Shown: piece by piece, positions 10,671 to 21,000 of the stretch | How the letters are laid out: each line of letters begins with the position of its first letter | Numbering within the stretch: the first letter of the stretch is position 1 | Origin: Pyrodictiaceae archaeon | GTDB lineage: Archaea; Thermoproteota; Thermoprotei_A; Sulfolobales; Pyrodictiaceae | Direction of reading: 5' to 3' | DNA length: 64,000 nucleotides | Assembly: GCA_027036135.1 (NCBI GenBank) | Contig: JALVSY010000016.1 | Span: 160,001-224,000 of the forward strand | Translations under genes and position numbers: made by a program | Notes under the pieces: generated by a model | Database searches by the model: none | Told to the model about the DNA's origin: nothing | What the model saw: only the letters and a program-made list of their open reading frames with translations

Positions 10671-10750
10671 GGAGAGGGTGATGATTTGCCCGCATATCCG
10701 ACGAGCAGCTTCCTATGGGGAAGTGTGCGCCCCGGCTGACTCCCTCCTCT
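10671..10750 (+). ncRNA. Putative C/D box sRNA
   Basis: Intergenic; C box GTGATGA 10678-84, D' CCGA 10698-701, D box CTGA 10736-39, imperfect terminal stem. Confidence 0.6.
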
Positions 10751-10753
10751 AGC

Positions 10754-11980
10754 TTAGCCTTTATGAGCCGCTGCTGCAACTATTTTTATCACGTCGTTGT
10801 CCTGTAGCTCGTAGTCCTCGCCTACACGTGTCTTTGTCTTAGCATTGATGGCGTATAGGAATGTTTTCCCAAGATCCGTGTGCACCATGTATGCTAGCTG
10901 CCTTGCAGTTGTCCCCTTTGGCACGAGGTATGCATCGGGTAGGATTCTACCCTTGCTATCAGTGAACTTGTGTATATCCTCGACAGGGTAAACCACTATC
11001 ATCTCTAGTAGCTCAAAGAAAGTCTTGTTGATTACCTCTTGAACGCCCGTTGAGCCCCATTTCCGTAGTACATGCTCACGTATATACTCTAGTGCCTGCA
11101 ACTGTTTCCTACTCAGCTTGTTCTCGTTGATTATCTCGAAGTCAGGGTCGCCGGGGAGGTATCTTATGAGCCCAGCTCTTGCTGCTCTTCGAAGAGCTAG
11201 CTCAGCAGCAGCACTTGTAGGCACGACTGGGTAGCTAAGCTCTTTCCTGAGCCGCTTAATGCCCTCCTCTGCGCCTGGTAGATCGGCCTTGTTGGCGGCT
11301 ATTATCATTGGTTTTGCGAGGCGCAATCCCCTAGCAAGGTTCCTTAGATCTTCGCGGCTCCAGCTAGTTATAGGCTTCCTTGATAAATCAGCGTATTCCA
11401 GTGCCTTCTCAACGTGGTATCGTCGAATGCTTAGCCCGCTAAGCCTCTGAGTTAGGGCCTCGACAACGTTTTGCCCGGTTGTTGAAACCTTCATGGCGAA
11501 GCGGTCCCAGTCATTGAGTATTATGCTATAGATCCATTCCTCTATCTCGTTCTCTAGCCACCTAACCTCTTCTACCGGGTCATAAGTGCCTGGTGGCACC
11601 GGGTTGCCCTGTGCATCCGTTGAGCCAGACGCATCAACTATCAATATGATAGCGTCTGCTCTGCGAATAGAGTCCAGGAACTTGTTACCCAGTCCTTTAC
11701 CCTCGTGAGCACCGGGTATGAGACCGGGAGTATCAATTATCTTCACGGGGATGAATCTCCACCCATCAATACAGTATCCCGAGGCCGGATCGCAGCGAGG
11801 AAGACCGAGCTCCACGTGTACACAGCGCTTACGTACATACCCTACACCAGTATTAGGCTCAAGCGTAACGAACGGCCTATTACCTAGCTCGACAGAGGCA
11901 AGTGTCGCTGCAGCGAAGAACGTTGATTTACCAACGTTTGTCTTACCTACTAGCCCTGCTAGCCTTTCTGGCGGAGGCAA
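10754..11980 (-). CDS. YchF/Obg-family P-loop NTPase with TGS domain
   Basis: GKTNVGKST, PFVT, DTPGL, NKAD, C-terminal TGS. Confidence 0.92.
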   Translation of the reverse strand: MPPPERLAGLVGKTNVGKSTFFAAATLASVELGNRPFVTLEPNTGVGYVRKRCVHVELGLPRCDPASGYCIDGWRFIPVKIIDTPGLIPGAHEGKGLGNKFLDSIRRADAIILIVDASGSTDAQGNPVPPGTYDPVEEVRWLENEIEEWIYSIILNDWDRFAMKVSTTGQNVVEALTQRLSGLSIRRYHVEKALEYADLSRKPITSWSREDLRNLARGLRLAKPMIIAANKADLPGAEEGIKRLRKELSYPVVPTSAAAELALRRAARAGLIRYLPGDPDFEIINENKLSRKQLQALEYIREHVLRKWGSTGVQEVINKTFFELLEMIVVYPVEDIHKFTDSKGRILPDAYLVPKGTTARQLAYMVHTDLGKTFLYAINAKTKTRVGEDYELQDNDVIKIVAAAAHKG

Positions 11981-12165
11981 GGACTTCCCACCTATACCAT
12001 CTTCTAGAGCGAGGCCTGGGTCAACAAAAATAGTATCTTGTGCCCACTCTGCTACGCTACATGGATGTAATGCTTCATCGACATTGCTTGAAGAAGTCGT
12101 CCTCGCTAGCGCAGGGTTGAGATTGTAAAAAAGAACTGTAATATATCGCAGTAGACGAGGTAGAG

Positions 12166-12594
12166 TTAGTAATCGCCTACTATTTCTTCGTCGCTGAAGA
12201 AGACCTTGTACTCCCTCTCGAACGACTCCTTGCTGTCACTCGCGTGTATCACGTTGGCTCCTATGTCCAGTGCGAAGTCGCCGCGAATAGTGCCTGGTGG
12301 TGCCTGCCTGCCGTCAGTCGGGCCTATCATTAGTCTTACCACGTTTATAGCGCTGTCACCTTCTAGTATCATTGCGACCACGGGGCCGCTTGTAACAAAG
12401 TTGACAAGTTCCTCGAAGAAGGGCTTCCCCTTGTGGACCTCGTAGAGTTTCTCGGCTTCTTCTCTGCTCAGCCACTTCATCTTGAGCGCCTTTATCTTCA
12501 AGCCTTTTCTCTCGAAACGGGCTATTATCTCGCCAACGAGGCCCCTCTTAACACCATCCGGTTTTATCATGACGAAGGTCTTTTCAACCGCCAC
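12166..12594 (-). CDS. ndk: Nucleoside diphosphate kinase
   Basis: [22 protein letters not shown]. Confidence 0.97.
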   Translation of the reverse strand: MAVEKTFVMIKPDGVKRGLVGEIIARFERKGLKIKALKMKWLSREEAEKLYEVHKGKPFFEELVNFVTSGPVVAMILEGDSAINVVRLMIGPTDGRQAPPGTIRGDFALDIGANVIHASDSKESFEREYKVFFSDEEIVGDY

Positions 12595-12729
12595 GCCTTA
12601 TCCTCCTCCTGCCGAGGAGCTTGGTTATTGCCCTAGGACTTGTAAACTCTTATGCCGCTCCACGGGACTAGGCAGGCGCGAAAGCTGAATATCTAGGGCC
12701 TTATTGCTAGTCCTATCGGGCAGCAAGCA

Positions 12730-13614
12730 ATGACCGTGGGCGTTATAGGTCTGGGGCGGATGGGCTCAGCGGTTGCTCGGCGTTTAGCCGAGAAGGGCTT
12801 TGAGCTAGTTCTGTGGACGCGGGATCGGGAGAAACTAGGGAAAGTGGCAAAGGAGCTTGGTGCTGAGGCTGCTTCTTCTCCCCGGGAGGTCGCCGAGAAA
12901 GCGGATGATACTCACATAGTGGTTAGTGATGATCATGCACTCTACGGGGTAGTTACTGGCCCGGAGGGTGTTCTTGGTGCCCAGGAGCCAACAACGATAA
13001 TTAACCAGGTAACATGCACTATTAAGGCATCAACGAGCATCGCTGAGATGACCTCTAGCAAGGGATTCGGGTACGTAGAGGCTCCTATAATTGGTGGGCC
13101 TAGAACCGTTGAGCGGGGCGAGGCTATTATACCTTGTAGTGGTGAGGAGGAGGCTTGTGGTACAGAGAGCCTACTTGCTCTTGGCTCTGTGGTGTATCTT
13201 GGTCATCCACCCAAGGCTCTTGCAGCGAAACTTGGCTTCAACCACGTGTTCTTGGGGATAGTTAGTGCTCTTGCCGATGCATTCGCGTTGGCTGAGGCCT
13301 ATGGTATTGAATGGGAGAACTACGTTAACCTAGTTCTATCGAAGACCTGGCTCCGGGGCATAGTTGAGCGCTACGGTGATAGGCTACGACTAGGGGGAAA
13401 GACTAGTTTTGCTTCCAAGCTAGCAGCTAAGGATGCACGATACGTTGCTGAGGCGCTTGCAGAACTAGGACTCGATGCAAGCCTAGCAGCCGCAATAACT
13501 AATCACTATGCAGCAATGATTAGGGAGGGCTACGGCGATGCTGACTACCCATCAGTGGCAGGGTTCTTCGCCATGCTTGGCCGCAAGCTAAGGGAGGGCA
13601 AGGCAAAGAACTAG
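12730..13614 (+). CDS. NAD(P)-dependent beta-hydroxyacid dehydrogenase (3-hydroxyisobutyrate dehydrogenase family)
   Basis: GLGRMG, EAPIIGG, KLGFN, LAAKD. Confidence 0.85.
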   Translation: MTVGVIGLGRMGSAVARRLAEKGFELVLWTRDREKLGKVAKELGAEAASSPREVAEKADDTHIVVSDDHALYGVVTGPEGVLGAQEPTTIINQVTCTIKASTSIAEMTSSKGFGYVEAPIIGGPRTVERGEAIIPCSGEEEACGTESLLALGSVVYLGHPPKALAAKLGFNHVFLGIVSALADAFALAEAYGIEWENYVNLVLSKTWLRGIVERYGDRLRLGGKTSFASKLAAKDARYVAEALAELGLDASLAAAITNHYAAMIREGYGDADYPSVAGFFAMLGRKLREGKAKN

Positions 13615-13660
13615 TACCCACGATGCACCATTCTCGTCGGGCAATGGGTGCACCGAGCGA

Positions 13661-14533
13661 ATGAATAATACAAGCCTACTGGGCTTAGCCGCTATTATAG
13701 CTACTACTCTCTCATGGAGCCTAGCCCCGGTCTTTATTAGCAGAGCATCTAGCCGGAAGAGACTAGACCCAGTAGTGTTTAATGCTGCTCGAATGCTCTT
13801 CGCAATGCTGATACTGGTTCCTCTCGCATACCTAGCCGAGGGATTCCCCTATAAGACTCCGTGGCTTAGCCCAGAGTTCGAGGCTGGTGTATGGATTGGC
13901 GGTGTCTTTAGCACTGTTGTCGGGGACACTCTCTTCGTCTACAGCGTTAGCGTTGTTGGTGCAAGTATAGCTCTACCAGTCTCCTACCTTTTCATAATAT
14001 GGAGCGCTCTCTACGACTACCTAACCGGGTCTATTGGTAGCCGAGTCCTAGTAGCTGCTGGTCTCGCATTCCTAGGTGTGTGGCTTGTAGCCCAAGACAG
14101 TACTAGCAAGGACAAAGGACCAGGAATTGTTCCCAGAGCCATACTTGCTGCTATTGGCACCTCACTCGTATGGGCTGTTAGCATGTATGCCTATAAGCTA
14201 GCCATGAGTGTTAGCGGCGAGTACTCTGTAGCCGCTGCGCGTTCTATAGCAACTGTGCTGGTCTTGTCACCGTATGTGGCTAGAATAAGAGAGCTTAGAG
14301 GTGTATTGCTTGATACTTTTCTCAGTTCGTTCTTTGGCTACTTCTTTGGGACAATTACGTTCCTAGTAGCCCTAGGACTGCTGCCTGCGAGTATAGTTGG
14401 AATCGGCATAGCCCTAACACCCTTTGTTACTCAGCTATTATCTATTCCGCTGGCCCGCGAGAAACCTGGCCTCACAACAATAATAGGTGGACTGCTGCTA
14501 GGCATAGCGATAGCACTTACAGGGACCCATTAG
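13661..14533 (+). CDS. DMT/EamA family transporter
   Basis: About 10 TM in two repeats; C-terminal LAREKP...IIGG. Confidence 0.82.
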   Translation: MNNTSLLGLAAIIATTLSWSLAPVFISRASSRKRLDPVVFNAARMLFAMLILVPLAYLAEGFPYKTPWLSPEFEAGVWIGGVFSTVVGDTLFVYSVSVVGASIALPVSYLFIIWSALYDYLTGSIGSRVLVAAGLAFLGVWLVAQDSTSKDKGPGIVPRAILAAIGTSLVWAVSMYAYKLAMSVSGEYSVAAARSIATVLVLSPYVARIRELRGVLLDTFLSSFFGYFFGTITFLVALGLLPASIVGIGIALTPFVTQLLSIPLAREKPGLTTIIGGLLLGIAIALTGTH

Positions 14534-14609
14534 CGGAGAGCAAGGCTGAGGGCATTACTATAGCTAGGATGTTGGCCAGGTATGGAACAAAATCCTTTAT
14601 GGTGACTGC

Positions 14610-14795
14610 TTAGTGCCGGAGTGGTGTATACTTCTTTGTCCACTTGAGCTTCCTCGGGTCTCTCTTCATCTTCCATAGCTTGAAGCACTTACTGCTACAG
14701 AACCAGAGCACTGTACCATCATTCCTAACGTACATGAGCCCTGTGCCGGGCTCTATCTCGCGGCCACAATATGCACACGTATGTACTATGGGCAT
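14610..14795 (-). CDS. rpl24e: 50S ribosomal protein L24e
   Basis: [26 protein letters not shown]. Confidence 0.96.
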   Translation of the reverse strand: MPIVHTCAYCGREIEPGTGLMYVRNDGTVLWFCSSKCFKLWKMKRDPRKLKWTKKYTPLRH

Positions 14796-14801
14796 GGCTT
14801 A

Positions 14802-15053
14802 TTACCTCCTCCTACCTAGTTTACGTGCCTCACGCTCAGTCTCACGTAGTATAACTATGTCTCCCAGCCTGACCGGACCTAGGACATTACGCGTAAGTAC
14901 TCTACCCTTATCCCTACCCTCAAGTACTCTTACGCGTACCTGTATGACCTCGCCATGTACGCCAGTACGCCCTATGATCTGTATGACTTCTGCAGGGAAC
15001 CCTATCTCCTCTATTATATTGAAGTCTTTTCGCTCGCCGCTCTTCTGGCTCAA
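14802..15053 (-). CDS. rps28e: 30S ribosomal protein S28e
   Basis: [27 protein letters not shown]; start placed at TTG 15053. Confidence 0.95.
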   Translation of the reverse strand: MSQKSGERKDFNIIEEIGFPAEVIQIIGRTGVHGEVIQVRVRVLEGRDKGRVLTRNVLGPVRLGDIVILRETEREARKLGRRR

Positions 15054-15138
15054 AGCGTACCCCAGCGACACGAGTAACTAGTGGGGCCTTTAAGAAGCTC
15101 GCCCTAGTCTCTCGCCAAGCACCCGGGGGCTGAGAAAG

Positions 15139-15867
15139 GTGCGCGAGCTAGCAGAGACAATTTTGTCAAAGGCAGGGCTACGCGATGCTCAGAGACTATT
15201 AATATCGCCTAGGAGGATCCTAGCAACACTATACGCGTTCTCGATATGCAATAGACTAAGCGATTGCTCCTCTGCCACGGGAGCTATAGCCGGTCTTTAC
15301 ATAGAAGCGTTGATTGAAGGAGAGCAGCTTGATACTAGCAGGCTTCCAAGCCATATCCGTGTACATGTTGAGAGAGCACTAAGCGAGGTAGAGGACGCTG
15401 CGCTACGAGCACCTACCTCGCTTTACGCGCAGGTAGGCCTTGACGCGGACTTGCTTGCCAGGATGGGTGCCGTCTCGCTACTCAGCAGGGGACTTGTCAC
15501 GAGGCTTAGGGATTTCTTCGCGTTGTTTGCTGAGGCTCTTAGCTACGCCTATGCGTCTGACTACATAGTGTACACGAAGCCTGCGAAGAGCCTTATCCAG
15601 GTACTCAAGCCCCATACAATAGCTATGGCTAAGTGGGCCATAGAGGAGCTGTCATCATTGGGGATAAGTGCATCAATAAAAGCTGAGAGGACAGCTGGAG
15701 GCCTAGTAGCCTACATCGATATACATGAGTGCTTGGGCTCACGTGTCTCGAAGCTTGCATCCGTTAAGCCTACTAACAACTGTATATTGTACCGACTAAA
15801 CTACGAGTGCGCACTCGGCACAATAGAGTATGAATTATGTATACCGGAGTCTACGAGAACACGCTGA
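15139..15867 (+). CDS. Hypothetical protein, possibly degenerate HD-domain fold
   Basis: 242-aa ORF; DADLLARMGAV resembles the HD-family C-terminal motif but no HD dyad is visible. Confidence 0.5.
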   Translation: MRELAETILSKAGLRDAQRLLISPRRILATLYAFSICNRLSDCSSATGAIAGLYIEALIEGEQLDTSRLPSHIRVHVERALSEVEDAALRAPTSLYAQVGLDADLLARMGAVSLLSRGLVTRLRDFFALFAEALSYAYASDYIVYTKPAKSLIQVLKPHTIAMAKWAIEELSSLGISASIKAERTAGGLVAYIDIHECLGSRVSKLASVKPTNNCILYRLNYECALGTIEYELCIPESTRTR

Positions 15868-15959
15868 CAAGGGGCTACAAGAGGACAAGACTCGGCCAGA
15901 TATAGTTAAAAAGAAATGATTCTGAAATAATTCTACCATGCCCCGTTTAGGACTTGGTC

Positions 15960-16346
15960 TTAGCTAGTAGCTGCCTTAGTCTTTAGCTCGTTAACTGCCT
16001 TAACTATCTCGTCTACTAGATCCTTTGCCTCACCGGGGTCGATTATGCATGCGCTAGCTGCTGCAACCTCTATTCCTGCAGCCTCGCCTAGTCTCTTCTT
16101 ACTTGGCACGTAGACGTATGGTACCTTCTTCTCCTCACATAGGAGTGGCAGATGAGCTACTATCTCTGGTGGGTCAACATCCTCGGCTATTAGTACTAGC
16201 TTTGCTAAGCCTCTCTCAACGCACTTGGTTGTCTCATTCGTCCCTTTCTTTATCTTACCAGTCTTCCTAGCTATTTCGAGCGCCTTATAGGCCTTCTCGG
16301 CTAGTTCCTCGGGTACCTCGAACCTAACATAGAAGGGCTTGCTCAT
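15960..16346 (-). CDS. rpl7ae: Ribosomal protein L7Ae
   Basis: [30 protein letters not shown]. Confidence 0.97.
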   Translation of the reverse strand: MSKPFYVRFEVPEELAEKAYKALEIARKTGKIKKGTNETTKCVERGLAKLVLIAEDVDPPEIVAHLPLLCEEKKVPYVYVPSKKRLGEAAGIEVAAASACIIDPGEAKDLVDEIVKAVNELKTKAATS

Positions 16347-16378
16347 GGCTCATCCTCCTCCCGGGGCCGGTCGTCGCC
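16347..16378 (-). promoter_or_regulatory. Putative kink-turn in the l7ae 5' UTR
   Basis: GGC-GAC-GA-CC...GG-ATGA-GCC immediately before ATG, covering the GGAGGA RBS. Confidence 0.5.
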
Positions 16379-16445
16379 CCTCCTCTAGTGAGGGCAACAG
16401 CGCTGCTAGGGGTATAGAAAACTAGCGCAAAACTGGGGAAGAGGC

Positions 16446-18227
16446 TTATTCGTGGGAGAATATCGCCACTATATTCCTTACATTGCCTTCCTCGTCGCTT
16501 TCCACGGCGTCTATTCTCGCGAACCCTATTCTAACGAGTTGTACTACCTCGCCTCTTCTAAGGCTCCTTGCAGCCTCTTCTGCAAAGCCGTGTTCGCGAC
16601 GAAGCTCGAGTCCCTCCGGAACAACTAGTTCGAGTGGAGTAGCGTGTTCTGCTACGACCCACTGTATTATAGGGGCATTATGTTTCCTTGCTTCATCGAG
16701 GCTCCTGCTATGGTATTTAGCCTTTATTGGTTTCTTGCCCGTCTCTATTATTTCTATGTTGAACGCCTCCATGAGCCTAATTACCTTGTTTCTCTCCACT
16801 GCCTCTAAGTCACTACTAGAGACATAGATAGTGGCTTTGGGTCCTCTCACCGTTATTTTCCTCGAGCCTAGCTTGCCGTTGGGATGATATGGTATCTCGA
16901 ATACCTCCTCTTTCCAGGGGATCGCCTCGACGAGTACGGGGACGGGATCTATGACGGCCATGATTCTCTTCGCTTTGGGGTCTATTATTGAGCGGTTAAT
17001 TGCTGCTAGGTTGGCGAAGCTTATGCTAGCATCTGTATATTTGACGCCTACTTCTAGTATTAGTCTTCGTATGGCCTCTGCTGTGAATCCTCTTCGACGG
17101 AGCCCAGCTATTGTAGCGAATCGGGGATCGTCTATTCCGCTAGCTGTGCCTGCTTCGTAGAGCCTTTTGAGCGCGGATTTGCTCATTATGAATCCTTCTA
17201 GTTTTAGTCTCCCAAAGTGTATGACCTCGGGGTATTTCCAGCCAAGGCATCTGTATACGTATTTCTGCTTCTCAGTATTCTGCATATGCTCCTTAGCCCT
17301 AAGTATATGGGTTACGCCCATTAGGTGGTCATCAACGCCTGCTGCCAGGTTATAGGTTGGCCATACAACGTACCTATCGCCGACGAGGGGGTGTGGATGC
17401 TTACCTGTATCAATTATTCTGAAGGCTACCCAGTCACGTATACTTGGATCTGGGTGATTTGGATCAGTCTTGACTCTTAGAACAGCCTCGCCCTCTGCAA
17501 AATGCCCCTCAAGCATCCTGTCCCATAGTTCTAGGTTCTCTTCGATGCCTCGTAGTCTTGGAGGATATTTCTCGAGTAGTCCTTTGTCTCTGTACCTCTT
17601 ATACTCTTGGCCCGGCAAGTCATCTATGTAGGCACAGCCTTTCTTTAATAGCTTCCTAGCTATGTCGTAATAAGTTTTCATTCTCAGGCTCTGTATATAT
17701 TCCTCATCCCACTCTATGCCGAGCCATTTTAGGTCCCGGCGTATAAGCTCGTAAGCCTCTGGTAGCGGCGTCTTGGTTCTTGGGTCTGTGTCCTCGAATC
17801 GTAGTATAAGCTTGCCCTTGTACATAACCTTGTACTCGTGGCTGAGTATTGCTGGCCGTGCATTACCCAGGTGTATTGCGAAGTCAGGGTTAGGCGCAAA
17901 GCGCGTAACTACTTTACCCTCCTCGGCACCCGGTAGCGGTGGTAATGTTTTCTCCCTTTCTTCTTTCTGCTTCCTCGTCTCCATTACCCAGCCGTACTCT
18001 TTCTCCAGTAGCTGTTTTTGCTTCTCTAGAGGAAGACTATTTACCTCCTTGACTATCTCCGCAACTATTCTCGCTACTTCGCGCGCATAGGGCCTGAGAT
18101 CAGGACGAGCAGCCATTATCTTGCCCATAACGGGCCCTGTTGCTGCTCGTCCGCCGTGCTCCACGGCATTTAGTAGAGCATAGGCCCTTGCCAGCTTCTT
18201 TACTTCATCTACGCTGAATCCTGATAT
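16446..18227 (-). CDS. gltX: Glutamyl-tRNA synthetase
   Basis: TRFAPNP, HLGN, RFEDTD, MSKS; frame extended to ATA at 18227 to include the conserved AYALLNAVEHGG segment. Confidence 0.95.
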   Translation of the reverse strand: MSGFSVDEVKKLARAYALLNAVEHGGRAATGPVMGKIMAARPDLRPYAREVARIVAEIVKEVNSLPLEKQKQLLEKEYGWVMETRKQKEEREKTLPPLPGAEEGKVVTRFAPNPDFAIHLGNARPAILSHEYKVMYKGKLILRFEDTDPRTKTPLPEAYELIRRDLKWLGIEWDEEYIQSLRMKTYYDIARKLLKKGCAYIDDLPGQEYKRYRDKGLLEKYPPRLRGIEENLELWDRMLEGHFAEGEAVLRVKTDPNHPDPSIRDWVAFRIIDTGKHPHPLVGDRYVVWPTYNLAAGVDDHLMGVTHILRAKEHMQNTEKQKYVYRCLGWKYPEVIHFGRLKLEGFIMSKSALKRLYEAGTASGIDDPRFATIAGLRRRGFTAEAIRRLILEVGVKYTDASISFANLAAINRSIIDPKAKRIMAVIDPVPVLVEAIPWKEEVFEIPYHPNGKLGSRKITVRGPKATIYVSSSDLEAVERNKVIRLMEAFNIEIIETGKKPIKAKYHSRSLDEARKHNAPIIQWVVAEHATPLELVVPEGLELRREHGFAEEAARSLRRGEVVQLVRIGFARIDAVESDEEGNVRNIVAIFSHE

Positions 18228-18720
18228 ACTTGACCACCTCCTCGGGAGCTATAATTACTATATCCTCTTCTCTCTCGCCTATTGGCGAAGAATATATGTA
18301 AACTACAATACCTGCTACGTGAGTCTTTATTCGCCTCATCTCTCTTTTCCGTGTAAGCACGACTCCGAGCGTGTCCCACTTCTTCACCTTTACTCCTTCA
18401 CAAACTTCCAACGCTACCCTTATGCCCTCAACTGGTATAGGTTCAACAGCTGAGCCGCGTTGAACAAATAGACCCGTATTGTACTCGGGGGGAAGCACTA
18501 CTACGAAGCTCTTAGTGACACGCTTCTCAACAAGGTCTATGAAGTCTATCGTGGATCCGTATACTTGTTTACCGAGACAGATAGCGTCCTTCTCATTGCT
18601 ACACCTATTGGTTACTTTCCCTACACCGTCCCTTATTTCGAGGAAAACGTCGGAGACTACATCTTCTACATAGAGCTGGGGGATTGCATAAGGTGATTTT
18701 ACACAATTTTCTTCAACCAA
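18205..18720 (-). CDS. DUF2118-like protein (lipoyl/biotinyl-like fold)
   Basis: EGVKVKKWD...TRKREMRRI...GIVVYI; sits between GGPP synthase and gltX. Confidence 0.6.
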   Translation of the reverse strand: MVEENCVKSPYAIPQLYVEDVVSDVFLEIRDGVGKVTNRCSNEKDAICLGKQVYGSTIDFIDLVEKRVTKSFVVVLPPEYNTGLFVQRGSAVEPIPVEGIRVALEVCEGVKVKKWDTLGVVLTRKREMRRIKTHVAGIVVYIYSSPIGEREEDIVIIAPEEVVKYIRIQRR

Positions 18721-18812
18721 GGCTGATGCCCGCTAAGAATCAATGTCCGCTTAATTATACTCATATCTCGTAGAGAAAATACATACATTGACTGGGCTCA
18801 CGAGGGACCTAG

Positions 18813-19814
18813 TTACTTTGTCCTAGTAGCGGCGAACTCTGCTAGGTCGACTAGTATTTTCTTCGCCTCGTTATCGGGTAGCACGCTTAGAGCTGCTATA
18901 GCTTTGTCCGCGTATTCTCTTGCCAGCTTCTCTGCATAGTCTATTGCCCCGCTCTTCTTGATTAGGCTTGCTGCTTCTTCGAGTTCTTCTCGGCTAGCTT
19001 GCTTATTGCCGAGAATTGATACGAGTTTCTCCTTCTCATCGCCTTCGAGCTGGTTTAGCGCATATATTATTACTAGTGTCTTTTTGCCCTCCCTAATATC
19101 GCTGTACACTGGCTTTCCTATCTCTTCCTCCTTGCCGGCAACGCCTAGTATGTCGTCTCTGATCTGGAAAGCTATCCCGAGATTGCGGCCATAGAGGGCT
19201 AGGCTTGAGAGTATTGATTCATCCTCGGTAGCTACAAGCCCGCCTAGTATGGCAGATGCCTCGAAGAGGGCACCAGTCTTCTTGTATATCATTTGGAAGT
19301 AGTCATCTATATCGACATCCTCTAGTTGCTCGAACATCATGTCGAGGGCCTGGCCCTCGGCTATGACGGCTGATGCGTGTGCAAGTGTCTTTAGTGCCCG
19401 TGTAATCATGTTATGAGGTATGCCTTTTGCTTCTGCATCGCCTAGAACCTCGAACGCTTTAGCGAACAATAGGTCGCCGGCTGTTATAGCCATTGCTTCT
19501 CCCCATAGCTTGTGCACTGTTGGTACTCCTCTGCGGAACTCATCCCTATCCATTATATCATCGTGTATGAGCGTGAAGTTGTGTACTAGCTCAACTGCTG
19601 CTGCGAAGGGGAGTGCTTTCTCGGCGACCTCCCCCAGGGCCTCGGTGACCGCTATGACTATTGCTGGTCTGAGCCTCTTCCCGCCTGCACGTATAAGGTG
19701 GAGAGCAGCGTTGTATAGGTCGTCGGGCTTGCCCTGTACACGGGCATAGATATAGCCATTTACGAGCCCTGCTACCCTCTCAAGGTACTTTACTATGTGC
19801 TCGGGGAGCTTCAT
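18813..19814 (-). CDS. Geranylgeranyl diphosphate synthase
   Basis: GGKRLRP, HDDIMD, GQALD, KKTG, FQIRDD. Confidence 0.93.
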   Translation of the reverse strand: MKLPEHIVKYLERVAGLVNGYIYARVQGKPDDLYNAALHLIRAGGKRLRPAIVIAVTEALGEVAEKALPFAAAVELVHNFTLIHDDIMDRDEFRRGVPTVHKLWGEAMAITAGDLLFAKAFEVLGDAEAKGIPHNMITRALKTLAHASAVIAEGQALDMMFEQLEDVDIDDYFQMIYKKTGALFEASAILGGLVATEDESILSSLALYGRNLGIAFQIRDDILGVAGKEEEIGKPVYSDIREGKKTLVIIYALNQLEGDEKEKLVSILGNKQASREELEEAASLIKKSGAIDYAEKLAREYADKAIAALSVLPDNEAKKILVDLAEFAATRTK

Positions 19815-19850
19815 CTAGTACACCTCTATATCCGAATAGATAGGCATTGA

Positions 19851-20987
19851 TTAAGAGGAGCAGCTTCTACCAGGCTCAACTAGTAGTCTTGTACCCCTAA
19901 GATATAACTCTGTATCTATGCCTCTAGCCTCGAGACGCTGCCTAAGAGTAGGGTCTATATCTAGCTCTGTTTTCCTCAACTCGGCTAGTGTACTAGAACC
20001 CGTAAGGAATAACGCTACCCGTAGCTCAAAGACAAGCTGCTCAAGGAAGTCCCTGACCCCTTTTTCTAATCGTTCCCCATAAGCCCTTATCACGGGCAGG
20101 GCTACCCCGGCGATATCCGCTCCGAGAGCTATTGCCTTGGCGACGTCAAGCCCTGTCCTTATACCGCCACTGGCTATTATGCAGGAGTCTGGAGAGGCCC
20201 AGCGCACCTCTATCAGTGCCTGTAAGGTTGGGATCCCCCAGTCAGAGAAGACTCGAGCCCCCCGAGCCAGCTTATCCATACCTCTGGCCTTCGCCCTATA
20301 CATCTCAACCTTGATCCAGCTTGTCCCACCTGCTCCTGAGACATCGAAGAACCTTACTCCTCTACTACGCAGGGCGAGCGCGACTTCATAGCTAAGCCCT
20401 TGCCCCGTCTCCTTCACAATGACAGGCTTATCTAGCTCGGCTACAATATTAGCTATTTTCTCTAATACCCCCCGATACCCAGTGTCGCCTTCCGGCTGAA
20501 ACGCCTCCTGCCCAGCATTGAGGTGTATCGCGACAGCATCGGCATCAATCATTTCTATGGCCTTCCTAACCTCTGCAACGCTATAGCCTTTAACAAGCTG
20601 AGGTGCACCAATATTAGCCACTAGTGGGATTTCTGGGCCGCACCTACGGGCAATACTAAAGGTTGATGCAAGCTCTGGCCTCTCTATTGCTGCCCGCTGG
20701 CTGCCAACACCCATTGCTAGGCCTAGCTCTTGAGCCGCTTTGGCTATCGCGCAATTTATCTCAGCAGCTACCTCGTGGCCCCCCGTCATACCAGTTATCA
20801 TTATCGGTGCTTCTAGCCTCTTACCAAGAAAGCGTATGGATGTATCTACATTCCCTAGATTGATCTCGGGTAGCGCTGTGTGCCGGAGTTCTACGTGCTC
20901 GAAGAGCGTTGTTTTCCAAGCATGCTCGACATCACTGTCAAGCGCTATGCGTATGTGGTCTAGTTTTCGTAAAGGCGTGTGGTTCAT
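19851..20987 (-). CDS. fni: Type 2 isopentenyl-diphosphate isomerase
   Basis: RKLDHI, GMTGG, GSQR, HLN, KETG, GAGGTSW, SGGIR. Confidence 0.95.
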   Translation of the reverse strand: MNHTPLRKLDHIRIALDSDVEHAWKTTLFEHVELRHTALPEINLGNVDTSIRFLGKRLEAPIMITGMTGGHEVAAEINCAIAKAAQELGLAMGVGSQRAAIERPELASTFSIARRCGPEIPLVANIGAPQLVKGYSVAEVRKAIEMIDADAVAIHLNAGQEAFQPEGDTGYRGVLEKIANIVAELDKPVIVKETGQGLSYEVALALRSRGVRFFDVSGAGGTSWIKVEMYRAKARGMDKLARGARVFSDWGIPTLQALIEVRWASPDSCIIASGGIRTGLDVAKAIALGADIAGVALPVIRAYGERLEKGVRDFLEQLVFELRVALFLTGSSTLAELRKTELDIDPTLRQRLEARGIDTELYLRGTRLLVEPGRSCSS

Positions 20988-21000
20988 AGCACCGTTTCCT

